The position numbers and the translations under genes are program-made. A stretch of DNA of 63,103 nt, the filler included, from Polymyxa betae A26-41 (taxonomy: Eukaryota > Protista > Endomyxa: Phytomyxea): assembly GCA_003693705.1 (NCBI GenBank). It is 4 parts of 4 records of this genome, joined end to end, with 100 filler letters (N's around TTAATTAATTAA, not from the genome) between each part and the next. Parts side by side here need not be neighbours in the genome. Positions count along the whole stretch, not along the records: positions 34,780 to 57,887 come from RBZT01000608.1; positions 57,988 to 63,103 come from RBZT01000507.1; 2 more parts are not named here. The stretch is one strand, 5' to 3'. This document shows, piece by piece, positions 52,931-63,103 of the stretch (within the stretch, counting starts at the first letter, position 1; every line of letters begins with the position of its first letter). Under the pieces are notes generated by a model. It ran no database searches, was not told the DNA's origin, and saw only the letters and a list, made by a program, of their open reading frames with translations.

Positions 52931-53869
52931 CCTCCCAGAACTGCTAGAAGAACTTCTTGAAGTTTGTGAAGCATTAAGTTTGTATATATTCGAGAAAGAA
53001 TTACACCTTAAAAAACGATTGTGATCAATAGCTGCTGCGAGTCAATACATTCAAATGGCCTATAGCCCGTTAGGAACCTCATAGACTCTTAACGGCGATG
53101 TCATTAGAAAGAAGACCCCAACTGTGTAGAGAAGGATGACAGTATACAGAATTGGGGCCTGTTACATGAAACATTATCAGTGCTCGCAATCATACTGTCG
53201 TTACAAAGAGGGCCGCTATAATTTGAGAAGGAGCTCTGTATCGTAATGCATAGTTGGTGGGCCCCGTGCTGGACCGCAGCCATTCGTATCGTCAGTCAGT
53301 CGAAACGGAATATGAACGGTTGTGTCCTGCTTCACAGGCGCAGCTTCCACCCAATTCGTTGCATTGTTTCTCATTCTTTGTTGCAGAAGATGTTTGCGAC
53401 TGAGCGGAAGCGTTCTCAGTGTGTTACGAATCATCTCTCTGTACATGGACGGGCCAGTATGACTCACGACAGTTCTGTCCCCGCATGATATCGTGCAGCT
53501 TTCGAATATTCGACAATGAAAAGCTTCTCAAGATGAAGAGAGGAATCTCTTCAATGAATGAATAACTTTTTCTACACTGGAGAAACCCTAACCCTAACCT
53601 GCATGAAATGAACGTTGTATGCTGTGAGAGAATATCTGACGCATCTTACTCAGCTGTCTCCTGCTGGGCATTTATAATCCATTGTTAAGCTCAGCTTTAA
53701 AATTTCTGGGATTCAATTGTAGGCAGAAAAAGGCTAACTGAATCCGTTTTCGAAGCCATTAATGATTAGTCATTTCCACGCAGAAATTTCGCGGAAATCT
53801 AAACGGACCCGTCGGGTTTCGCTTCACTTCGGATCCCGAACCGACATTCCAACAGCCGTAACAAAAACC

Positions 53870-54722
53870 ATGAGGGTCGTGTCCATACTGGCCCTGTCCG
53901 TAACGGTAGCAGCAGCAGCGCCTGGTCTTTGTAGGTTTCGTTCTACAGGCGGGTTAAAACCCTATGCAGAGTCATCATCTGTGGAGATGATGCAGACTGC
54001 AGATGTTGATCTCGAGTTGAACCTGCTGAAAATCCTTCAAGAATCTGCATTCGGTCTGAATACGAATGGGATGGAGATAGATAGGACCATTCATAATATC
54101 AATGATGTTGTTATGAGGATTTTGAACTCCCATTATGCAATTGAAGAGGTTCGGATAAATGATGGAACATTTTACAAAGAGGGCGGCGCCAACATTGAAA
54201 ATAGCATTGAATCAGATTCTGAATCTTCCCGTCTTCATGAAGGTATAAAACTGATACAATCCGGCTTATGATCATGTTAAAGAGTGTTCAGAATGGAAGA
54301 AATTCAATGCGGAAGTTTCAAACTACGTCGAGCTTATTGAAGCTCATTGTGCACGTAATTTTCGAAAATTCAAAGATGCTGTTCGGAATCCGGATTTTGA
54401 AGTGACCAAACGTAAGCTCTATCTCCTAAACATTGATGAGCACAAGATCAGGCTGATTGGTGAACTTCACGAACATTTCAAGCAATATAACAGAAAGCAC
54501 CACAGCAGGGCGTTAGAGTGTGTGAAGCTCTCGTTATCTGCTATGCTGCGATGTTATAAGAATCATTGTGACAAGAATGTGGCCATGTTCGCAGAGATTC
54601 ACAAGACCTTGCCTTTAAAGAGCTTCCAAAGGCATTGCTGTAATGGAAGCACCGTTTGTCGCAAAAGGGCAGCAATGCAGAGATATCGAAAGACAGGGAG
54701 AACGTCATCTGCACCAAAATAA
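53870..54722 (+). pseudogene. Signal-peptide gene with two Crypton-derived domain repeats (one 1-nt frameshift near 54263)
   Basis: MRVVSILALSVTVAAAAP...; removing one base gives GIKLIQSAYDHVK...VELIEAHCARNFRKF...HKIRLIGELHEHF...AMLRCYKNHCDKNVAMF...FQRHCCNGSTVC in one frame. Confidence 0.68.
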
Positions 54723-55207
54723 ACTTCTGTTACTAGGGTTTAGGGTTTGGATCAACTCTACAGGGTTTCAAAGTTGTTGCGGTCGTGATGTTTCCTATAT
54801 TCGTAGTTTAGTATAGCGGCAGACGGGATTGAAGGGCTGCGGCAGATTGAATGTGACGAGCACGATGGCGACGGAATAGCAACGAGCTCTGAGTCCGATG
54901 AGATCCCGAGTCCGAAATAATCACCCGACGTGTGTCTCAGTCCCATTAGGGTTTTGACCCTGTCAAGATCCGAATTAGACGAGTTCGAAGAATCATTTTT
55001 GAAGAGATTGACCTTTGTTTTCCGGCTCTGACACATTTAGGCGACTTTTCCGCGAGTTTCTGTCAAAAACGACCCGCTGAATTGATGGATCGAGAGCCTG
55101 AATTTGTCAATATGGAGAACGGAGATTGGAGTGATCTTTGAAACTTTATAATTTGGATGCGCTTTCAGCTTTGGCGGACAAAACACTGATTTGTATCGGT
55201 CAAAGAT

Positions 55208-56669
55208 TGTTAAATCCACGACAACAATTGAGAGTGTGTTTATATAGGAGATATTAATGATGTCCTGAGGCTCCGCAGCGATGACTTGCAGGAGGGCTGC
55301 TCCTATCTCATTCAGATCTTGTAACGAAATAGTCCGTAACCACTCCTGACTTGTGTATCGCTCAACACGCCTCCCCAAGATGGAGTGGTACTACATTACG
55401 ATCTTGATACCCATGTTTTCTCGACACCATTCGAACTTTTTACGATCAATTGGTTTCGTCAATGAGTCTGCGATCATCCGTTTCGTAGAGCAGTTTTTCA
55501 GTCAAATAGTTCCGTCGTCAATTTTGAATCTGGTATAGTGATATTTCACAGCTATATGCTTTGTTCGAACATCGGTTCTCCAGTTCTTTGCTACTGTTTG
55601 ACTTCCTTGGTTATCACCATTAATCTCAATAGGTCCGATCGTTTTGTTTTGATAAATCTCCGATATGAGACGTTTTAGGGAAGTCGCTTCTTGTGACGCA
55701 CGGCACTGAGAAATATAATCCGATTCTAAAGATGAAAGAGCGACATCATTCTTCTGTAGCCTGCTTGACCAGGACACTGTAGCGTCTGCCATTTTAAATA
55801 AGAAAGCACTCGTACTTCGATGATATCCAGGCTCGCCAGCAAAATCAGCGTCTTGCCAAGCTTCTATCATGGAACCTTGCTCTGGATTTCGTCAATACTC
55901 TAATCCATACGTTGCAGTTCCTTTGAGGTACTTTAATACTCGTTGGGCTGCATGCCAATGCTGTTTTCCTGGGTTACTGACAAATCTACCGAGGACGCCA
56001 ACGTGATACGCGATTTCAGGGCGGGTTTTTGTCAGCAATATACCGTAGAGCGCCAACCAGTTGAGCATACGGAACAGATTTCATTTGAAGCTTGTCGTCC
56101 TCAGAAACTGGACACATTGCTTTGCTCAAGTGCATGCCTGGCTGATGTGGCGTATCCACCGCATTACAATTTTCCATTTTAAATCGTTTGAGAATCTCTT
56201 GGAAGAAGGTCTCTTGATCAAGCCGTATACTTCCGCTTGCTACATTACGCCTCACGAGAACTCCAAGAATTTGAGTTGGATTTTCCCCTAAATCTTCAAT
56301 ACCAAACTCTTTGTCCAAACTATTAACAATTTGATTAGCTTCTTCTCGATCCTCTTCGTGATAGGCGAATGTCTGATCATCCACATGTAACGATAAGAGA
56401 AGAATCCGACCTGACGTTGCTTGCTTATAATAGAGACAAGGATCTGCCTCTGAACGCGTGAAATGCAGAGAATTTACCAGAAATCGGTTCAGCTTCTTGT
56501 TAAAAATATGTCCTGCCTGTTTCAAGCCATAAAGGCCTTTCATTAAGTGACAAACATGATCAGCCAATGCAGATTCTTCGAAACCGGGCGGCTGCAACAT
56601 ATATACTTCAGCATCTATGTCACCCTTCAAAAATGCCCCAATAATATCAGCTTGTCGTATTCTATATCC
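55208..56669 (-). mobile_element. Ty1/Copia RT-RNase H with 3' LTR (55367-55208), cut by Crypton-like copy 1
   Basis: QADIIGAFLKG, LMKGLYGLKQAG, LHVDD, QDADFAG, DNQG, TKHIAVKYH and ADSLTKP motifs; PPT GGGGAGGCG followed by a TGTTGA...TTAACA LTR. Confidence 0.92.
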
Positions 56670-57803
56670 TTGATTATTTTCAACAATCTCGTCAACGCGA
56701 AAAGTATACGGCAAAAATGATAGGTTCCACCACCTTTCCACCACGTTCCACCAGTTCCACCACCGCAATCCCGAGAGTGCGTGGGGATGCCACGCAGGAG
56801 GCTGCGCCCGCGTCTGTGTCTCGTAGGCGCGAAATTGACATGCCGTTCAAAATGGAATCAATGCGTCGCAAGCGAGGTCGCACTACCAGACTTGTGATTA
56901 CCGAGGCCATGCAGGAGAAAGCCCAAGAAGTCGAAAAATTGCTGCAAATCATGCAATTGGTGCATGGAGGGCGGCGCTCGTTGACTGGCAGTCGCGTTTT
57001 GAAAGATCTGAGCAAAGCCCAATACTCGTGTCATTTCAAATCGCTTCAAGATTTTTTAATTATTATATGTGATTGGCAATCGTTAATCATGCTATCCGAG
57101 GATGCACCAGAAGTATTCTGCCCTTTAATTAGTGCGGATTCCATTTGCTCATTCATCAAATGGAAAACAGAACCTGCAGGAGAGCCCATAACATCACGAT
57201 CCGGTAACCGCCTTTTAAATTGTTTTACTAACTGTGAGATCCTAGCAAGCTGCTCCTGGAAAGCTCCTATTAATTTAACCCAGTTCTGCTCCGCAATTGC
57301 ATGCCTTCACCAGCAGCGCAATCAAACCGGAGCGTATGAAGAACCATGCAGTAACTGTTGGGATTCTTTCCGACGTGATGAGAAGATAGGTTGCCTTCAT
57401 CATCTTGGAAAGCCTCGTCTCTTCACGCAAGGTAATGTCTGCCTGTCTTTACAGGTTGTGGACTGTGTAAAACAGGGGCGAGCAGATCGTGAAGGGTACC
57501 GCGCTCAAGGAGACTCACATTTGTCTCCTGATGAACTGATGAGATTGCGAAAGCATTTATTGTCAGAAAATACATTAGATGGGTGGCAAGAATATGTGCA
57601 TATTCTATTTGACATTAAGCTCTTCCTACGAGACTGAGAAGCTGCCGAATTCGGGATCGGCGAGTGCCGATTCATACGAGAATTGACTACTTTTGACATT
57701 GAAGGCGTATGGTAGCTGTTCGTGTGAAAGGAAATTCGGACAGAGAGCTAGTCACATTATGCATTTGGAGAGATGACGATATTCCTGAACTGTGCCTTCT
57801 ACG
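56670..57803 (+). mobile_element. Tyrosine-recombinase (Crypton-like) transposon, copy 1, 3'-truncated
   Basis: Highly similar to about 60015-61159; same left end and four TTCCACCA repeats; premature TGA at 57635-57637. Confidence 0.88.
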
Positions 57804-57887
57804 TGTGTCGTTTGTCTTCTACGTGAACAAAGGCTTTACAATTGAGAGCACAATTGAATTCTGGTTTATTTGCAAGGATTCCAGGCC

Positions 57888-57987
57888 NNNNNNNNNNNNN
57901 NNNNNNNNNNNNNNNNNNNNNNNNNNNNNNNTTAATTAATTAANNNNNNNNNNNNNNNNNNNNNNNNNNNNNNNNNNNNNNNNNNNN
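57888..57987. other. Assembly gap with linker
   Basis: N-run with TTAATTAATTAA. Confidence 0.97.
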
Positions 57988-60014
57988 CTATCACAGACTC
58001 GTTTATTACTACGTAGTGAAGTGCTCTAAGGGGTAGACTGACCAGCGCGCAAAGTCCCAGGTAAGCAAAAAGGACTTGAACCCATCGTCGAAGAAGCGCC
58101 CGCGATCGGAGTCGACTGATGCGGAAAAGGGCAAGAATGTGACCTGTTGTCAATACCATGAGGTCGGACATCCTCGACGTCTTTGTCCGCAGTTGAATAA
58201 AAAATTCAAGAAAGTTTCGGATTATACATTGGTCTGTGCTATGAACTTAAATACTGATCGAACTATTCTAGTTCAGATTGGATCAGGAATGACAGCTCCA
58301 GCAATCTTGTATAGCGGTGCTAATCAGGTTTCTCTTATTCCTAAGCGAGTGCTTAATGAAGTGATCAAGTCTGAACTTGATGACTTGAAACTTTGGATCA
58401 GCCGATTTTGATTAAATTGGGAGACAATATACGCACTGTAGAGGTTTTGAGACTGCGACTTTGGATATCAAGATCCTTACTCACGCTGGACGAGTACAAG
58501 TTTCGGATCGTCGATTCTTAATCTGGGATGTGCCAGGAGATGCAATCATTTATAGGTAGTGACATCTTGAAGTCTTTAGGTATTAACCCTTATAATGCTG
58601 TAAATGACTTGGCATGTGTAAGGCAGAAACAGCAGGATTAAAGAATAGTTTAGAGCCTGTACTTAATAATCAGAGATTGAGGTTATCCAAAACGATATTG
58701 ATAAAGCTATTAAAAGAGCAAGTCATTCTGGTTTAGATAAACACTGAATTTCTAAGTTAAAACATTACTCTAAGTACAGTGATGTATTTAGGCAGATTTT
58801 CCAGGAAACTTACTCCATTTTAAACAAGTCTTAAGCCGTGTGGTGATCTGGTTAGCGCAGCCCACCTACGCTACTTTCTACCGTACGCAATTAATACAGA
58901 CTCATTCTATTTTATTGTCTCCATCTGTGATCGACTGTCTCGTACCTCAGATCGGCACAGCCAAATGCTAAACCATACAAACGCAAACTTAGGAAATATA
59001 GCCAGGAACAAAGTCAATTTTTTTAGAATTTTCGGATGACTTAGTTGCCAATGGTTTGATTTATGAGAATCTCATTTCTGAGTGGGCTTCACCTGTGTTG
59101 GTGATTAAAAAAGGAGGTGGTCACCGGATGTTGATTTACGTGCAGTAAACACCATGTCTGAGAGTACAGTATGACCAATGCCCTTCTTGAGTCCATTGTT
59201 ACTCATTTGGCAGATTCTAAATATTGGTTCAAGTAGATGCTTTTAAGGGTTTTTGGCTTATGCCGTTAGCAGAAGAATGTCAAGAGATGTTCTCTTTTAT
59301 GACAGATAGAGCGGTTTTTACTTCAAGGAGCTTTGAATTCAGCTATTCAATTTCAATCCCAGGATGCATGAAGTATTCAAGGAATTGATATTTAACAAGC
59401 TAATTATTGGATTGATGATTTGCTTGGACATTCTGTGACTATAGAGCAGTGGTTTTTGTCATTTTAGAAAGTTTTTTACAGTTGGCTTCACAGTTCAATA
59501 TTAAATTCCATATTGAAAAGTGTGGGTTCTTTTCCACTGAAGTCAAGCACTGTGGTAGAATATTTTCTATTAGTGGAGTGTCTCTTGAGTCATGACCCAG
59601 CACGAATTAAAGCTTGATAGAGATACCTCAGCCAAAAACAGCAAGTGACTTACAGCAGTTTCTTATGTCAGCTCAATGGATGAGTAGGAGTATCCCAGAT
59701 TTTGCCACTTACAAAATATGGTTCGAGTCCTTTGCATGCGTTGGTTTTTGAGGAAATTAAGGCTGCAATTGCTCATCAATGTGAAACTGTCATATCTAAA
59801 AAGATGGTTTAGTGCGTGTACAGTGTACACTGATGCTAATGAAAGCAATAGTTCTGCAGTAGCTACGCAGATACCGCTATCGGATTTAGATAAACCCGTA
59901 GCGCAACAAAGACATGAGCCGTTGGGATTTTGTGGACATAAATTCTCAGGCGCTCAATTGGATTGGCAAATGTTGAGAAGGAAGGATTCGCAGTAGTTGA
60001 TGCTTTGAATAAGC
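57988..60014 (+). mobile_element. Third Gypsy-type element (gag knuckle, protease, RT, RNase H start), heavily decayed, cut by Crypton-like copy 2
   Basis: CCQYHEVGHPRRLCP, AILYSGA (decayed LDSGA), WASPV, DAFKGFW, WIDDL, HEPLGFCGHKFSGAQLDW and EKEGFAVVDAL. Confidence 0.85.
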
Positions 60015-62384
60015 TTGATTATTTTCAACAATCTGGTCAACGCGAAAAGTATACGGCAAAAATGATAGGTTCCACCACCTTTCCACCACGTTCCACCAGT
60101 TCCACCACCGCAATCCCGAAAGTGCGTGTGGATGCCACGCTGGAGGCTGCGCCCGCGTCTGTGTCTCGTAGGCGCGAAATTGACATGCCGTTCAAAATGG
60201 AATCAATGCGTCGCAAGCGAAGGTCGCGCTACCAGACTTGTGATTACCGAGGCCATGCAGGAGAAAGCCAAAGAAGAAGTCGAAAAATTGCTGCAAATCA
60301 TGCAATTGGTGCATGGAGGGCGGCGCTCGTTGACTGGCAGTCGCGTTTTGAAAGATCTGAGCAAAGCCCAATACTCGTGTCATTTCAAATCGCTTCAAGA
60401 TTTTTTAATTATTATAGGTGATTGGCAATCGTTAATCATGCTATCCGAGGATGCACCAGAAGGATTCTGCCCTTCAATTAGTGCGGATTCCATTTGCTCA
60501 TTCATCAAATTGAAAACAGAACCTGCAGGAGAGCCCATAGCATCACGATCCGGTAACCGCCTTTTAAATTGTTTTACTAACTGTGAGATCCTAGCAAGCT
60601 GCTCCTGGAAAGCTCCTATTAATTTAACCCAGTTCTGCTCCGCAATTGCATGCCTTCACCAGCAGCGCAATCAAACCGGAGCGTATGAAGAACCATGCAG
60701 TAACTGTTGGGATTCTTTCCGACGTGATGAGAAGATAGGTTGCCTTCATCATCGTGGAAAGCCTCGTCTCTTCACGCAAGGTAATGTCTGCCTGTCTTTA
60801 CAGGTTGTGGACTGTGTAAAAAAGGGGCGAGCAGATCGTGAAGGGTACCGCGCTCAAGGAGACTCCCCATTGTCTCCTGATGAGCTGATGAGATTGCGAA
60901 AGCATTTATTGTCAGAAAATACATTAGATGGGTGGCAAGAATATGTGCATATTCTATTTGACATTAAGCTCTTCCTACGAGACGGAGAAGCAGCCGAATT
61001 CGGGATCGGCGAATGCCGATTCATACGAGAATTGACTACTTTTGACATTGAAGGCGTGGCATCTATGGTAGCTGTTCGTGTGAAAGGAAAATCGGACAAA
61101 GAACCAGTCACATTATGCATTTGGAGAGATGACGATATTCCTGAACTCTGCCTTCTACGCCACCTTCTCGCATATGTTCATCTAGGGTTAAAAGTGACTG
61201 GCCGCCATGGACCCTGGGGTACACATTCATTACGAAAAACTGCATACCTACTAGCATCTTGGTGTGGAGCCAGTGATTTGGAACTGATGGCGTCCGCAAG
61301 ACATAAATCTCATGACGTCAGTCTAAGATACAAGAAGGATTCACTTACGTTGCTGGAGATAGCCAAGAACAACGGGTAAATTTTTTGCAAAATGCTTATG
61401 TGAGAGTTGATGGTTGATTCAATTTTCGTAGCAATCAGTTAATGATATCGCAACCAACTTGGCGACCAATATTCGTTGAGCACCTACAACTAGCTGTTTC
61501 GCTAAACATCAACTCGGGATCTGTTGATAAGCCGATTGAAAGGCTGGCTTCTGATTTTGTGAGAGATATGACTCGTAAGAATGTTATCACCCAAAGTCAA
61601 ACAAATAATGCCGTTGCATTGGAAAATGCAATTTTACGTCACGTTGTTTTCAGGGACGATCGCTGCAGAGCTCACAAGTCTGATCTCTCAGATAGTTTGT
61701 CCAGATTTGCGTCAAAAACTGCAGTGTGTGGTTGGGCGAACTATTTCAGCCGCGCATGGTTCGGACATTGTAGAGAACGACACAACAGAGAGTGCCCCGG
61801 CCCCGGCAATTTCTGAGCATCAACCAGAAGTCGTGAACAGTAAGAATAAGGCGAACTATATTTATATCATAATTTATTTAGCACTATGATAAGCAGGATC
61901 GCCCGGAGAAGAGAATGCGCCGTGAAGGAGAGTTCGACGTTCAGGAAAGAGAACTGATCGTGAAATGTACCAACGGAAAAGAAAAGTTGAAACTGATCGA
62001 ATCGGCATACGGTAAAATCATCCGCATTCGTTCTGATGGTGATAACGAGTGCTCGCTTTCTAGTTTACTCACAGACAAATGCCGCCAGTTTTGGATTCGA
62101 TCAGTTCAGCCGATCATGTCTTGTTTTCAAAACCATTGTGGTGCTTCACATGATGAATTTTTGCGAAGGTAAAACATTCAAAATGGAAGGGCTCGCATTG
62201 TAAGACAGACGCTATCGATTCATGTTCATTCTCGCCAGCTGCCAATAATGAATCAACAGATTGATGTCTATCACTTTTAAGAACGATTAATCTACGCGCA
62301 GATTGCGCAGGTCTAAATTTTCACGCATTTTTTCTTTCCACCACGTTCCACCACACTATCACAACAGATAATGAAAAAAATCAA
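60015..62384 (+). mobile_element. Tyrosine-recombinase (Crypton-like) transposon, copy 2, both ends apparently present
   Basis: Contains the YR gene; no RT. Imperfect TIR TTGATTATTTTCA...TGAAAAAAATCAA. The 20-bp direct repeat CTTTCCACCACGTTCCACCA lies at 60079-60098 and 62334-62353. Confidence 0.8.
60185..62264 (+). pseudogene. Multi-exon tyrosine recombinase with a C-terminal Cys/His domain
   Basis: Catalytic set R (LFLRDGE), K (VKGKSD), HxxR (THSLRKT), H (ARH), Y (LRYKK). Probable introns at about 61376-61431 and 61840-61896. Last exon KRMRREG...EKLKLIESAYGK...VQPIMSCFQNHCGASHDEFLRR / HSKWKGSHCKTDAIDSC. Frameshifts near 60220, 61635 and 62172. Confidence 0.85.
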
Positions 62385-63103
62385 TTCAAAGGCACGCGAC
62401 GTCGCGTACGACGTGGCGTTAGGGTTTTAGGGTTTGTTGTGCTTGGCACGAAATTACCCCCTTCTAAATAAGAACTAGAGGGAGATGAAGTGGAAGTGCT
62501 GTTACAGTAGGCGGTGATCACTGTCTGATCGCCGAAATGTGGGTCGCCAGAAACTTGTGCTGGTTTAAGTTGACCAGTTCCGCCATCCTTTTTTAATGCG
62601 ACCAACAACGTCGTAGGAATGGCTGGGTTGAGTTCCGGAGCCTGAAAATAACTAGAGCTGGAAGATAATGGATGAGGAGGGACGCAATCGTCCTGGTCAA
62701 AAAGTGCGGGAGGTTCGTCCGGATGGACATCCCTGACAGCTGAGGGTTTGAACGGAGCCATGAGGCCCGCCACGGAGATTCCGATAGCCTTCTGGAGGTC
62801 GCGCCCGATGACTGCGATGATGCCGGCAGGAGGCTAACCAACGTCGAATTTGAAGTGAAATTGTAGCTCGCCGAAAGTAACAGGAATTATAGCGCAACCT
62901 GGTCTGCATTTCGAGAAATGACTGTAATACAGCACTCTACCGACAAAAAAGATTTACGGCCAACTTTCTTACTGCAGCATAAAACACGGATTCATTCTCA
63001 ACCGAATACGCTCCTCTGCTCATTACCTCTGCCGTCTCTTACCAATTAAATGTCGATATGGGACAAGAGAATCGGAACAATTTGATAGTATTTCACGGTC
63101 ACG

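Noticed and set aside
56717-56840. N-terminal extensions MIGSTTFPPRSTSSTT and the antisense MRWWNWWNVVERWWN
   Set aside because: Translations of the non-coding TTCCACCA repeat cluster, not protein features.
60070-60110. Short repeat array considered as CRISPR-like
   Set aside because: 8-bp units with 1-3-nt gaps, no spacers, no cas genes, eukaryotic context.
59963-60421. Apparent RNase H fusion ORF
   Set aside because: Read-through across the Gypsy/YR-element insertion junction.
56670-62384. DIRS-type retroelement (YR next to RT/RNase H)
   Set aside because: The adjacent RT/RNase H belong to ordinary Copia and Gypsy elements, differ between the two copies, and are interrupted by the YR element.
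62381-62773. 130-aa minus-strand ORF as cargo of the YR element
   Set aside because: Lies outside the inferred right end, is low complexity, and has no second copy to test.

Overview
Eukaryotic, intron-containing, transposon-dense window made of four contigs joined by N-gaps that carry an artificial TTAATTAATTAA linker. Short GT-AG introns and abundant AAACCCT(A)/TTTTAGGG motifs suggest a protist, possibly a plasmodiophorid (inference only). Mobile elements: three decayed Ty3/Gypsy-type LTR retrotransposons, three Ty1/Copia remnants, a two-gene PIF/Harbinger element, a MULE deletion derivative, MITEs, and two copies of a tyrosine-recombinase (Crypton-like) transposon. Host genes: a tandem BTB/POZ array, a U1 snRNA, tRNA-Ser(CGA), a sterol-glucosyltransferase-like gene, a GIY-YIG/zinc-knuckle gene and a secreted Thr-rich protein. 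The main discovery has two parts. First, the Crypton-like element (60015-62384) has imperfect terminal inverted repeats plus phased internal TTCCACCA direct repeats at both ends, resembling the core-site/arm-site layout of lambda Int and Tn916. Second, the Cys/His C-terminal domain of its recombinase (K-L-I..AY ... P-I-x-x-C-x-x-x-H-C-x-x-D-x-x-x-F-x-x-x-W-G ... C ... C) recurs about nine more times in this window in non-transposon genes, including one intact spliced gene and a signal-peptide-bearing gene. This looks like a transposon-derived domain captured and amplified into a host gene family. All calls were made by eye; no database searches were run.
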